64,000 bases of DNA, taken from a virus (lineage: Duplodnaviria > Caudoviricetes). The stretch covers positions 1 to 64,000 of IMG/VR virus record IMGVR_UViG_2846856033_000001; one strand, 5' to 3'. Below are positions 46,987 through 56,944 of this stretch, piece after piece (position 1 is the first letter of the stretch; each line of letters opens with the position of its first letter). The position numbers and the translations under genes were made by a program. Below the pieces are notes generated by a model that did no database searches, was not told where the DNA came from, and worked only from the letters and a program-made list of their open reading frames with translations.

Positions 46987-48981
46987 ATGAAAACACTGTC
47001 AATCGATATCGAAACCTTTTCCAGCACCGACCTGAACAAGTGCGGTGTGTATAAATATGCTGAGTCACCGGATTTTGAGATTCTGCTGTTTGGCTATTCC
47101 GTGGACGGATGCGAGGTACAGGTCGTGGACTCCACGGAAGGCGAAACGCTTCCGTTCGAAGTCCTCGACGCTCTAACCAACGATGATGTGCTGAAATGGG
47201 CGTTCAATGCTAATTTTGAGCGGGTATGCCTGTCGCGTTACTTATCTGATATGGGCATATCCCTTGACCCATTCGCTGATAGCCACTGCTCATCTCAATA
47301 CCTTGGTAAGTCGAAATACCTAAACCCCAAATCGTGGCGTTGCTCTATGGTGTGGTCGGCGTATATGGGCTTGCCGCTTTCGCTTGAAGGTGCGGGAGCT
47401 GTCTTGGGCTTGGAGAAACAGAAGCTGACCGAAGGCAAGGAACTAATCCGCTATTTCTGCAAGCCGTGCGCCGCAACCGCCGTCAACGGACAGCGAACAC
47501 GCAACTTTCATGACCACGCCCCCGATAAGTGGGCGGCCTTTAAGGCATACAACCATCGCGACGTGGAAGCGGAGATGTCAATACAGCAGCGGCTCGTAAA
47601 CTTTCCCGTGCCGGAGAGCGTCTGGGACGAATACGCCCTTGACCAAGAAATCAACGACCGTGGCGTGGCTCTGGATATGGTTCTGGTACGAAACGCTATC
47701 GCTGCCGACGCCCGTTCAAAGGCCGGACTCACCCGTATGATGAAAGAAATCACGGAACTGAGCAACCCGAATTCCGTGCAGCAGATGAAGCAATGGCTCT
47801 CGGAAAACGGCATGGAAACCGATACCCTTGGTAAAAAGGCGGTCACTGAAATGTTAAAAAACGCGCCGGAGCCCCTCGGTCGGGCTTTGTCGCTACGCCA
47901 GCAGTTGGCAAAATCCTCGGTCAAAAAATATCAGACGATGGAGAACGCCGTCTGCACTGATGGGCGGGCAAGAGGCATGTTCCAGTTTTATGGCGCCAAC
48001 CGAACCGGCAGATGGGCCGGGCGGCTGATTCAGATGCAAAACCTCCCGCAGAATCACTTACCCGACCTCGAACAGGCGCGGGCATTGGTGCGAAACGGCG
48101 ACTTTGCCGCTTTGGAAATGCTCTACGATTCCGTGCCGGAAGTTTTGTCTGAGCTCATTCGCACGGCGTTCGTGCCGAAACCGGATCACAAATTTATCGT
48201 AGCGGACTTCTCGGCGATTGAAGCCCGCGTCATTGCGTGGTTTGCCGGGGAGCGTTGGCGCAACGAGGTCTTTGCCACCCACGGCAAGATTTACGAAGCG
48301 TCCGCAAGCCAGATGTTTCATGTCCCGATCGAGGAAGTCACTAAAGGCTCGCCTTTACGCCAAAAAGGCAAAATCGCGGAACTCGCCCTCGGTTATGGCG
48401 GCTCGGTCGGCGCGCTCAAAGCGATGGGCGCGTTGGAGATGGGCTTGCAAGAGGACGAGTTACAACCACTCGTCACAGCGTGGCGGGCATCAAACCCAAA
48501 CATAGTCCGGCTCTGGTGGGATGTGGACAAAGCGGCTATGACGGCGGTCAGGGACAGGACCGTCACCGAAACCCATGGCGTCCGTTTCGGCGTTCAGAGC
48601 GGAATGCTTTTTATCACCCTGCCTTCGGGGCGGCGGCTCTCCTATGTGAAGCCACGTATCGGCACAAACCAATTCGGTTCGTCTTGCGTGACCTACGAGG
48701 GTGTTGGCGGTACGAAAAAGTGGGAGCGGCTTGAAAGCTACGGGCCCAAATTCGTGGAGAACATCGTGCAGGCAACAAGCCGCGACATTCTTTGTTTTGC
48801 GATGCAGGCGCAGCGGTGCTGCAATATTGTGATGCACGTCCACGACGAAATGGTCGTCGAAGCCGACCGCCGTATGTCAGCCAAGGTTTTATGCGAACAG
48901 ATGAGTTGCACCCCGCCCTGGGCAGAGGGGCTTCTGCTCCGTGCCGATGGGTACGATTGCCCATTTTATAAAAAAGATTAA
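46987..48981 (+). CDS. Phage DNA polymerase, family A
   Basis: DIET exonuclease motif, TGRWAG..QMQNLP, ADFSAIEAR, RQKGKIAELALGYG, HVHDE. Confidence 0.95.
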   Translation: MKTLSIDIETFSSTDLNKCGVYKYAESPDFEILLFGYSVDGCEVQVVDSTEGETLPFEVLDALTNDDVLKWAFNANFERVCLSRYLSDMGISLDPFADSHCSSQYLGKSKYLNPKSWRCSMVWSAYMGLPLSLEGAGAVLGLEKQKLTEGKELIRYFCKPCAATAVNGQRTRNFHDHAPDKWAAFKAYNHRDVEAEMSIQQRLVNFPVPESVWDEYALDQEINDRGVALDMVLVRNAIAADARSKAGLTRMMKEITELSNPNSVQQMKQWLSENGMETDTLGKKAVTEMLKNAPEPLGRALSLRQQLAKSSVKKYQTMENAVCTDGRARGMFQFYGANRTGRWAGRLIQMQNLPQNHLPDLEQARALVRNGDFAALEMLYDSVPEVLSELIRTAFVPKPDHKFIVADFSAIEARVIAWFAGERWRNEVFATHGKIYEASASQMFHVPIEEVTKGSPLRQKGKIAELALGYGGSVGALKAMGALEMGLQEDELQPLVTAWRASNPNIVRLWWDVDKAAMTAVRDRTVTETHGVRFGVQSGMLFITLPSGRRLSYVKPRIGTNQFGSSCVTYEGVGGTKKWERLESYGPKFVENIVQATSRDILCFAMQAQRCCNIVMHVHDEMVVEADRRMSAKVLCEQMSCTPPWAEGLLLRADGYDCPFYKKD

Positions 48982-48987
48982 TTGCCC

Positions 48988-49029
48988 GGTTGCCAAACTG
49001 CCCCTCGCTGTCCTGTGGATGGTGAGGGG
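48988..49029 (+). repeat. 42-bp intergenic direct repeat, copy 2
   Basis: Matches 44611-44652. Confidence 0.85.
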
Positions 49030-49070
49030 TTCACAGCCTCTCGGAAAAATCTATTTTCAGGAGGTTTGGT

Positions 49071-49850
49071 ATGAACGAATTACAAGTGTTCTCCTACGAG
49101 GGGAACGAAATTAGGACGGTGCACCAGGGCGACGAAACACTCTGGGTGCTGAAAGATGTGTGCGATGTGCTTGGGCTGTCGGACACGAACAAGGTGGCGG
49201 AGCGTTTGGACGGCGATGAGCTGACCCGAATCAAATTCGTGTCAGGTGGTCAGACTCGTGAAATGTATGCCGTCAGCGAAAGCGGTCTCTACAACGTCAT
49301 CCTCCGCTCCGAAAAGCCCGAAGCTAAAAGGTTCAAACGCTGGGTCACCCACGAAGTGCTTCCGACCATCCGCAAGCACGGTGTGTATGTCACTCCCGCC
49401 AAGCTGGAAGAGATCATGAACGACCCCGACGCTTGGATTAAGGTGCTGACGACTCTTAAAGCGGAACGTACCGCCAAGGAAAAGCTTCAGCTGGAAGCTG
49501 CCAAGAACGAGCCGAAGGTCGTATTTGCCGACGCCGTGTCGGTGTCCGACGGAACTATCCTCATCGGCGAACTGGCAAAAATCCTAAAAGGCAACGGCAT
49601 CGAAATCGGGCAGAACCGCCTGTTCGAGAAACTGCGTCAGGATGGCTACCTCATCAAACGTCAAGGCACGGACTACAACGCCCCGACGCAGAGGGCGATG
49701 GAATTGGGACTTTTCAAGGTTAAGGAAACTGCCATTACGCACTCCGACGGTCACGTCACCATCAGTAAAACCACAAAGGTCACGGGCAGAGGTCAGCAAT
49801 ATTTCATCAATCTTTTCCTTGGAAAAGGGGTAACCGAAAATGACAACTGA
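49071..49850 (+). CDS. Phage antirepressor (BRO-N + KilAC/ANT)
   Basis: SESGLY...S.KPEAK.FKRWVT.EVLP.IRKHG; PKV.FAD...TKVTGRGQQYF. Confidence 0.92.
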   Translation: MNELQVFSYEGNEIRTVHQGDETLWVLKDVCDVLGLSDTNKVAERLDGDELTRIKFVSGGQTREMYAVSESGLYNVILRSEKPEAKRFKRWVTHEVLPTIRKHGVYVTPAKLEEIMNDPDAWIKVLTTLKAERTAKEKLQLEAAKNEPKVVFADAVSVSDGTILIGELAKILKGNGIEIGQNRLFEKLRQDGYLIKRQGTDYNAPTQRAMELGLFKVKETAITHSDGHVTISKTTKVTGRGQQYFINLFLGKGVTENDN

Positions 49851-50133
49851 AAAAAAGCAAGCCATAAAAACGGCTCTGAGGAAAGTCGGCAAGGCAGTCT
49901 GGTCGGCGCTCCCGTGGGTGTTCATGTGGATTGGGTTGACCTGCTTGTTCTCGCTCCTGCTTATTAGTGCGGATAAAAGCACGGAACGAACCAAACAGCT
50001 TGCGGCACTTGAAGCTGAGAACGCGAGGTATGAATCGGAAAACGTACGACTTGATGAGGAGGTCAACTGGCTTCGCTCCCTTGTCGAAAGGATGGAATTT
50101 GAGGAGGTTGGCGATGGACAGGCGCAACCATGA
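49840..50133 (+). CDS. Small membrane-anchored coiled-coil protein
   Basis: Hydrophobic segment then heptads; overlaps both neighbours. Confidence 0.55.
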   Translation: MTTEKKQAIKTALRKVGKAVWSALPWVFMWIGLTCLFSLLLISADKSTERTKQLAALEAENARYESENVRLDEEVNWLRSLVERMEFEEVGDGQAQP

Positions 50134-50542
50134 GGGATATCCCGACCCAACCGCATATGAGACGCTCACCAATGTGGAACGGGATGAAAAGGAAGGAAAT
50201 CCATTTCTGCCACTTGTCTATGTTGCTTCGCCATTCGCTGGTGATACTGAACGGAACACCGAACGGGCGCGGGGCTATTGTAGATTTGCGGTCAGCAAGG
50301 GGCACATTCCCCTTGCTCCGCATCTGCACTACCCGCAGTTTATGGACGACGGCGACAAGGCGCAGCGGGATCTTGGACTGCGCTTCGCCCTTATCCTGCT
50401 TGGCAAATGCGATGAATTATGGGTTTTCGGTGAGACTGTCAGCGACGGAATGAGGCGCGAGATTTCAAAAGCAAAAAAACGCGGTATGCCAATCAGATAT
50501 TTTAACGGCAGATGCGAGGAGGTTACGCAATGCGAGATCTGA
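50114..50542 (+). CDS. DUF4406-like / nucleoside deoxyribosyltransferase-like phage protein
   Basis: VYVASPFAGD, PLAPHL, CDELWVFG...S.GM..EI. Confidence 0.75.
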   Translation: MDRRNHEGYPDPTAYETLTNVERDEKEGNPFLPLVYVASPFAGDTERNTERARGYCRFAVSKGHIPLAPHLHYPQFMDDGDKAQRDLGLRFALILLGKCDELWVFGETVSDGMRREISKAKKRGMPIRYFNGRCEEVTQCEI

Positions 50543-52857
50543 AAATATCCTACGGCGACAGCCGCCTGTCGAAGCGGTGGGTCAACAAAAAAACTACATT
50601 TGAGGAATTGTGCGAGCGGTTCAAGCTGACCCGACGTACCACAGAGACGGTCACTGAATATCAAAAATTCACCAAAGACCGCCGCGATGCCGCAAAGGAC
50701 GTTGGCGGCTACGTCCTCGGCCACCTCAAGAGCGGCAGGCGCAAGAAGGATACGGTAGAAAGCCGTTCGGGGATAACGCTTGATGCCGATCACGCTGGTA
50801 ACGGCTTCATCGACACCGTAGAGATGCTGTTTCCTCATAAGTGCGCGGTCTACTCCACCCACAGTCATACTCCGGAATCCCCGCGGCTCCGCGTGGTCAT
50901 CCCGCTCTCCCGTGACGTTACACCGGACGAATATGCAGCGCTCTCCCGCCTGGTCGCCGACGAAATCGGTATGGACTTTTTTGACGATTCTACCTACGAG
51001 CCGGAACGCCTGATGTACTGGCCGTCCACCCCGTCCGGCGGAGAATATGTATTTAAGGTTATTGACGGCGACGAGCTCGACCCCGACGAATACCTTGCAA
51101 AGTTGTCCGACTGGCGAGACTGCTCGCTCTGGCCGACATCGAGTCGCCAGTCCGAGGTGATACAGCACAGCATCCGGCAGCAGCAAGACCCTCTTGCCAA
51201 AGATGGCGTGGTTGGGACGTTCTGCCGGGCTTATGGCATAGAGGACGCAATCGCAACATTCTTACCCGACATCTACGAGCCTGCGGCGATGCCCGGACGC
51301 TACGACTATATCCCGGCCGACAGTTCATCGGGTGTGGTTCTCTACGAAGGCAAATGGGCGTACTCCCACCACGCAACCGACCCCGCCTGTGGCAAGCTGC
51401 TCAATGCCTTTGACCTCGTCCGCATCCATAAATTCAACGACCTTGACGACAAGGTAAGCTTCAAGGCAATGAGCGGGTTTGCCCTGAAAGACGAAAGGGT
51501 CAACACCCTGATTGCCGAGGAGCGCATCACCGCCGTCGAGACGGAATTTGCCGAAGGCGACGACTGGATGTCACGGCTCCAAAGGGAAAAAAGCGGTATT
51601 CTTTGCAACACGCTCGGAAACCTTCTCCTTATCCTAAACAACGATGACGCCATCGGCGGCATCCGCTACAACAAACTCGCCAATCAAATATACGGCGAGA
51701 ACCTACCGTGGGAGCGACCTCACCCGTCTTGGCGCGACGCCGATACCGCCCAGTTGGTGGCGTATGTTGACAAACGTTACGGCACATTTTCGGCTCGCAA
51801 CTATGAACTGGCGCTCACCAAAGTCGCAGACGACCGCGCCTACCATCCGATACGTGAGTATCTGAACAGCCTGCCAACCTGGGACAGGATTCACCGAATG
51901 GACACCCTGCTCATTGATTACCTTGGCGCGGAGGATACGCCCTACACCAGAGCTGTTACCAGAAAGACGCTCGTTGCGGCGGTTGCCCGAATCCTGAACC
52001 CCGGCGCGAAACACGATTCCATCCTTGTGCTGAACGGCAAACAGGGCGTCGGGAAGTCCACGCTCTTTTCAAGGCTCGGCCGGCAATGGTACTCCGACAG
52101 CCTCTCCATATCGGATATGAAGGACAAGACCGCTCCGGAAAAGCTGCAGGGCTACTGGATACTCGAGCTCGGGGAACTCGCGGGCATCAAAAAGATGGAC
52201 GTGGAGACGGTGAAGTCGTTCATCACCCGAACCGACGACAAGTACCGCCCCTCCTATGGCCGATCGGTGGAAAGCCACCCGCGCCAATGCGTCATCGTCG
52301 GTACGACCAACTCGGATGGCGGATTCCTGCGCGACATCACGGGCAACCGCCGCTTCTGGCCTGTTCGCGTTTCCGGCGAGGGCAAATACCGCGCCTGGGA
52401 ACTCACGGATATTGACCAGATTTGGGCGGAAGCCCTTGTTAAGTACACCGAGGGCGAGGAATTGTTCCTCAAAGGAGATATCGCGTTAGCGGCTTTTGCC
52501 GAACAGCGCGACGCTATGGAGAATGACGACCGCGAGGGTTTAGTGGCTGAGTACCTCGAAACCCTACTCCCTGATAACTGGGATACGATGGACATCTACC
52601 GCAGGCTCGAATACATCCGCTCGACCGACGACCCCACGAGGACGAAAGGCACGGTGCGGCGTTCTCAGGTCTGCGTGATAGAGATTTGGTGCGAGTGCTT
52701 TGGAAAGTCCCGTGAGTCCATCAAGAAAGCCGACTCCTACGAGATTGAGGGCATCCTTAACCGGATCGGCGGCTGGGCGAAGTACGAGGGCAACAAGACC
52801 GGCAAAAAGGCTGTCCCGATGTACGGCGTACAGCGTGTGTTCGTGAGGTCAGAATGA
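50530..52857 (+). CDS. Primase-helicase, virulence-associated protein E (VirE) family
   Basis: LDAD, STHSH primase motifs; GKQGVGKST, ELGEL, GTTN, GNRRFWP. Confidence 0.92.
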   Translation: MRDLKISYGDSRLSKRWVNKKTTFEELCERFKLTRRTTETVTEYQKFTKDRRDAAKDVGGYVLGHLKSGRRKKDTVESRSGITLDADHAGNGFIDTVEMLFPHKCAVYSTHSHTPESPRLRVVIPLSRDVTPDEYAALSRLVADEIGMDFFDDSTYEPERLMYWPSTPSGGEYVFKVIDGDELDPDEYLAKLSDWRDCSLWPTSSRQSEVIQHSIRQQQDPLAKDGVVGTFCRAYGIEDAIATFLPDIYEPAAMPGRYDYIPADSSSGVVLYEGKWAYSHHATDPACGKLLNAFDLVRIHKFNDLDDKVSFKAMSGFALKDERVNTLIAEERITAVETEFAEGDDWMSRLQREKSGILCNTLGNLLLILNNDDAIGGIRYNKLANQIYGENLPWERPHPSWRDADTAQLVAYVDKRYGTFSARNYELALTKVADDRAYHPIREYLNSLPTWDRIHRMDTLLIDYLGAEDTPYTRAVTRKTLVAAVARILNPGAKHDSILVLNGKQGVGKSTLFSRLGRQWYSDSLSISDMKDKTAPEKLQGYWILELGELAGIKKMDVETVKSFITRTDDKYRPSYGRSVESHPRQCVIVGTTNSDGGFLRDITGNRRFWPVRVSGEGKYRAWELTDIDQIWAEALVKYTEGEELFLKGDIALAAFAEQRDAMENDDREGLVAEYLETLLPDNWDTMDIYRRLEYIRSTDDPTRTKGTVRRSQVCVIEIWCECFGKSRESIKKADSYEIEGILNRIGGWAKYEGNKTGKKAVPMYGVQRVFVRSE

Positions 52858-52859
52858 TT

Positions 52860-53070
52860 ACGGCGCGATTGCCCATGATTGCCTGTCGGGGCTTCGGCAA
52901 CCGTTATCGGCAAAGTCGCAAGCCCCGAATAAACCAACATTCTTACATAGCCATTGCCCATATTGCCGATGTTCTCCCTACTAAATCGTATTTAAGTAGT
53001 AATAAGGGCAATTGGCATACGCAATACACACGCGAGGGATTTATAGGCAGAATCGGCAAGTTGGGCAATG
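52860..53070. repeat. Putative phage replication origin (TTGCC/GGCAA iterations)
   Basis: Four ATTGCC and five GGCAA in both orientations around an AT-rich patch, immediately after VirE. Confidence 0.55.
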
Positions 53071-53088
53071 TGAAAAGCGGAGGTGCTT

Positions 53089-53370
53089 ATGCGAGAAAAA
53101 ACATTGGAGCGCAAGCTCACGGAGGCTGTAAAGGCGATGGGAGGTATCGCGCCCAAGTTCGTAAGCCCCGGATTCGACGGAATGCCCGATCGCCTTGTGC
53201 TTCTCCCCGACGGAAAGTGCGCTTTTGTGGAAGTGAAGCGGCGTGGCGAGAAATCGCGACCTTTGCAGGAAGCAAGGCATGGGATGTTACGGCGATTGGG
53301 ATTCGAAGTCTATGTCTTGGACGATTATCAGCAGATCGGAGGGATGCTTTGTGAAATATCAACCGCATAA
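53089..53370 (+). CDS. VRR-NUC domain nuclease
   Basis: GMPDRLV...FVEVK...LQ. Confidence 0.9.
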   Translation: MREKTLERKLTEAVKAMGGIAPKFVSPGFDGMPDRLVLLPDGKCAFVEVKRRGEKSRPLQEARHGMLRRLGFEVYVLDDYQQIGGMLCEISTA

Positions 53371-54709
53371 CTATCAACAGTATGCCACGGCGTTCATCGA
53401 AGCGAATCCCATTTCTTGCCTTCTCCTCGACATGGGGCTTGGCAAAACGGCGATTACGCTGACCGCCCTAAACGATCTGCTGTTTGACAGCTTCGAAGCC
53501 CATAAGGTTCTGGTCATCGCACCTTTGCGGGTCGCCCGCAACACTTGGCCGGAGGAACTGGGAAAATGGGAACACTTCTCCGATCTGCTGTTTTCCGTGG
53601 CGGTCGGTACGGAAGCGGAGCGCAAGGCGGCACTTTGGAAAAGAGCCGATATTTATATCATCAACCGCGAGAACATACAATGGTTGATTGAGGAAAGTGG
53701 TCTTCCGTTCGACTTCGATACAGTGGTGGTCGATGAGTTATCCAGTTTCAAGTCCCATCAGTCAAAGCGGTTCCGGTCGCTGATGAAAGCCCGCCCGAAG
53801 GTGAAGCGTATCGTAGGGCTGACGGGAACACCAAGCAGCAATGGCTTGATGGACTTGTGGGCGGAGTTCCGGCTTCTGGATATGGGTCAGCGGCTCGGAC
53901 GGTTCATCGGGCAGTACCGCACCGACTACTTTGCCCCCGATAAGCGCAACGGTCAAGTCGTCTTCAGCTACAAGCCCCTGCCAGACGCCGAAAAGCGGAT
54001 ATACGCCAGAATCGCCGACATCACTATCAGTATGAAGTCCACCGACCACCTGAAAATGCCGGAACTGGTGACCGCCGAATACCCAGTGCGGATGTCGGGG
54101 CCGGAACAGGAACGGTACGACGAAATGAAGCAGGATTTGGTATTGCAGCTTACCGAAGGCGAAGTTACCGCCGCCAACGCCGCAGCTTTGTCAAACAAAC
54201 TCTGCCAGATGGCGAACGGAGCAGTCTATGGCGACGACGGAGAAGTCCACCACATCCACGACCGCAAGTTGGAAGCGCTGGAGGATTTAATCGAGGCCGC
54301 CAACGGGAAGCCCGTTTTGATCGCTTATTGGTTCAATCACGACTTGGAGAGGATTACCGCAAGGTTGAAAACGCGACACATCCCGTTCTCCAAGATGGAC
54401 TTGAGTGATAGTATCACCCGTTGGAATCGCGGTGAGTTGCCCGTCGCCCTCATCCACCCCGCTTCGGCGGGACACGGGTTGAACCTGCAGTCGGGCGGCA
54501 ACACGATTATATGGTTCGGGCAGACGTGGAGTCTGGAACTCTACCAGCAGACCAACGCAAGACTCTGGCGGCAGGGCCAGCAATCTGAAACCGTGGTTAT
54601 CCACCACATCGTCGCAAAAGGAACAATTGATGAGCGTGTCCTCTCCGCCCTCTCCGAAAAAGACAGGTCGCAGACCGCCCTTATCGACGCGGTGAAAGCA
54701 AATCTATGA
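53351..54709 (+). CDS. SNF2-family helicase
   Basis: DMGLGKT, DELS, LTGTP, GHGLNLQ, QTNARLWRQGQ. Confidence 0.92.
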   Translation: MKYQPHNYQQYATAFIEANPISCLLLDMGLGKTAITLTALNDLLFDSFEAHKVLVIAPLRVARNTWPEELGKWEHFSDLLFSVAVGTEAERKAALWKRADIYIINRENIQWLIEESGLPFDFDTVVVDELSSFKSHQSKRFRSLMKARPKVKRIVGLTGTPSSNGLMDLWAEFRLLDMGQRLGRFIGQYRTDYFAPDKRNGQVVFSYKPLPDAEKRIYARIADITISMKSTDHLKMPELVTAEYPVRMSGPEQERYDEMKQDLVLQLTEGEVTAANAAALSNKLCQMANGAVYGDDGEVHHIHDRKLEALEDLIEAANGKPVLIAYWFNHDLERITARLKTRHIPFSKMDLSDSITRWNRGELPVALIHPASAGHGLNLQSGGNTIIWFGQTWSLELYQQTNARLWRQGQQSETVVIHHIVAKGTIDERVLSALSEKDRSQTALIDAVKANL

Positions 54710-54782
54710 AAATCTGAGACAACTAAACGACAATCCGTGCCAATCCGAGTGAATTCCAACTTTTCTTTAAGGAGGTGCGGTT

Positions 54783-55244
54783 ATGCAGATAGCTTGGAAA
54801 TATTTGAACAAACGGGTTGCCTCTTTGGAGGCTCTCAAGGACTACGGCAGCATGCAATTCATTCTGGAACACACCGACGACGACATTCGGGCGGAGCATG
54901 AAAAGATGCAGAGCGTCCGAATCCCCAGTTTTGATGGAATGCCCCACGTCCACAATCCGCAGGCCGGTGAGCAGCGCATCATAAACGGCATCGAGGAAAT
55001 CGACGTTCTGAAGGAACGCTATCGGCAGGCGATGGAGTATATGGCGTGGTTCCAACCGGCATGGGACGACCTGACCGAGGAAGAGCAGTTTGTGCTACGG
55101 GAATTCTACATGTGCGACGAGGCCCAGCAGATCGACGCGGTTTACAACATCTGCGACCATTTCCACATCGAGCGGTCTTCTGCATACAACAAGAAGAACC
55201 GCGCACTTTACCATCTGCAAGTGCTACTGTTTGGAAAATCTTAA
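54783..55244 (+). CDS. RinA/ArpU-like late transcriptional activator
   Basis: L.EEEQFVL..FY...IC..FHIERS.AY...NRAL; last gene of the replication module. Confidence 0.7.
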   Translation: MQIAWKYLNKRVASLEALKDYGSMQFILEHTDDDIRAEHEKMQSVRIPSFDGMPHVHNPQAGEQRIINGIEEIDVLKERYRQAMEYMAWFQPAWDDLTEEEQFVLREFYMCDEAQQIDAVYNICDHFHIERSSAYNKKNRALYHLQVLLFGKS

Positions 55245-55248
55245 AATG

Positions 55249-55280
55249 AGGCCACGAAGCATTAATATACTTCGTGGCCT
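55249..55280. terminator. Hairpin between convergent genes
   Basis: AGGCCACGAAG / CTTCGTGGCCT. Confidence 0.65.
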
Positions 55281-55284
55281 TTGT

Positions 55285-55839
55285 CTATATGGAGATAATT
55301 TCGTCTTCTGGCGGCATCGGAATTGAATAGTTGTGGATTGAAGAACGACGCGGCTTAAAGTACTGCCACAAAACTTTTGAAATAGCTCGTTCTAAATCAA
55401 GATAAAAATGAATCGAAGTCTCTTTTGGCAGTGCTTCTAAATCTGCGATAGTAATTTCATTTTTAATCAGGAGACTTTTTATGTACTGCATCTCTTCGAG
55501 CTTTCGCTTTTCTTGAAGAATATATGGGAAGTCTTCAACATGAAACTGGGATCTTATTTCGGCAGCTTCTGCTTCATCCTTCGCCCATCTGGTAGCACTT
55601 TTGTCATACTCACCACTTAAGAAAAGTGGATCGACATCAAGATATTTTCCGAGACGGTCAAGAATTTCAGGATTAATTCTACCATCCTTCTTTGCGCGGC
55701 GGATAGTGCGGTCAGATGCATTTACCGTAGGATCAATGTTCATTTTCCGAAGGCTGATCTTACGGTATGCGACTGCTTCTTGAAATCGGACAACGCTAAA
55801 ATCAAGGGTATCCATTGTGGGTCTTCCTCTTTTTCTCAC
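55285..55839 (-). CDS. Hypothetical HTH-like protein (moron)
   Basis: SDRTIRRAKKDGRINPEILDRLGKYLDVDP.FL; AT-rich; start may be ATG 55815. Confidence 0.6.
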   Translation of the reverse strand: MRKRGRPTMDTLDFSVVRFQEAVAYRKISLRKMNIDPTVNASDRTIRRAKKDGRINPEILDRLGKYLDVDPLFLSGEYDKSATRWAKDEAEAAEIRSQFHVEDFPYILQEKRKLEEMQYIKSLLIKNEITIADLEALPKETSIHFYLDLERAISKVLWQYFKPRRSSIHNYSIPMPPEDEIISI

Positions 55840-55994
55840 TCTGGCCCTCCTATAAATGCGGACATTAAATCATTTACTGGCAACAACAAGAAGTTTGTAA
55901 TTTGTTGAATATTTTGAGTTATCCTGTTATTATAATCATACAGCAGAAAGCTAAAAAACGCAATAACGCGGACATAAAATAGGAGGATGTTGTA

Positions 55995-56294
55995 ATGAGC
56001 GAGTTCGGTGATACAGCAGGTGTAAACGTAATGGGAGTGGTGGCAACGGTGCTTAACAGCAAACATGCGCCATTGTATGTAACAGTCATTGGTATAGTAG
56101 GCGCTTTCATAGCTTATGAATACTTCGAAACAGTCAGCAAGGGCATGAATCTCGGATATGATTCTAACGCAACATTTGCTATCGATTGCGGGCTGCAATT
56201 TACTAAGCAGTCCCGTGTTAATGAGATCGGTGCATCTGAAACTCCAGAGGAAACCAATGACCAAAAGCCAGCCGATACAAATCAAACTGAATGA
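55995..56294 (+). CDS. Small membrane protein (moron)
   Basis: AGGAGG RBS; hydrophobic LYVTVIGIVGAFIAY. Confidence 0.55.
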   Translation: MSEFGDTAGVNVMGVVATVLNSKHAPLYVTVIGIVGAFIAYEYFETVSKGMNLGYDSNATFAIDCGLQFTKQSRVNEIGASETPEETNDQKPADTNQTE

Positions 56295-56422
56295 GTAATA
56301 TAATGGACGACTTTCACGGTTGACCGGTATATACTGGTAGCATATAAAGCTGTAAAACGACGAAGCCTTCACGGGGCCAAACCCGCGAGGGCTTTTGCTT
56401 TGCCCTGAACGAAGGTGAACCC

Positions 56423-56785
56423 ATGCCATACAAGCCAAAGCGTCCATGCGCTTACCCCGGTTGCGGTCGGCTTGCTGTACGCGAGCAATACTGTGCCGAG
56501 CATCAAAAGGTTATGGACAAACAGTACAACCAGTACGAACGTGATCCCGCATCCAACAAACGCTACGGCAGAAGCTGGAAACGCATCCGTGACCGCTACA
56601 TCAAAGCACACCCTCTATGCGAGGAGTGCCGGAAGCAAGGCAAGCTGACGCCAGCTGAGGAGGTACACCACATCCTCCCGCTCTCACGTGGCGGCGGCAA
56701 CGAAGCCAGCAACCTCATGGCTCTATGCAAACCGTGCCACGCCCGCATCACAGTCGAGATGGGTGACCGCTGGCACGACAAATGA
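56423..56785 (+). CDS. HNH endonuclease (cos-packaging associated)
   Basis: CEEC...VHH...GG....NL..LC..CH. Confidence 0.92.
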   Translation: MPYKPKRPCAYPGCGRLAVREQYCAEHQKVMDKQYNQYERDPASNKRYGRSWKRIRDRYIKAHPLCEECRKQGKLTPAEEVHHILPLSRGGGNEASNLMALCKPCHARITVEMGDRWHDK

Positions 56786-56797
56786 GGTTTGTATCAC

Positions 56798-56844
56798 ATT
56801 TTGATACCCCCACTTGGTCTGTGCCCAAGTGGGGGTATCAAAAT
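56798..56844. repeat. Perfect 20-bp inverted repeat in the probable cos region
   Basis: ATTTTGATACCCCCACTTGG-N7-CCAAGTGGGGGTATCAAAAT between HNH and terS. Confidence 0.85.
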
Positions 56845-56944
56845 CTCTAAAACTAAAATTCTCGGACAGCGGCGTGGGGCTTCGTGTTGAAAAACGCGGT
56901 TTCAAACGGTGGAATAGCCCCGGCACAAAAGGAGTGTAATGAAA

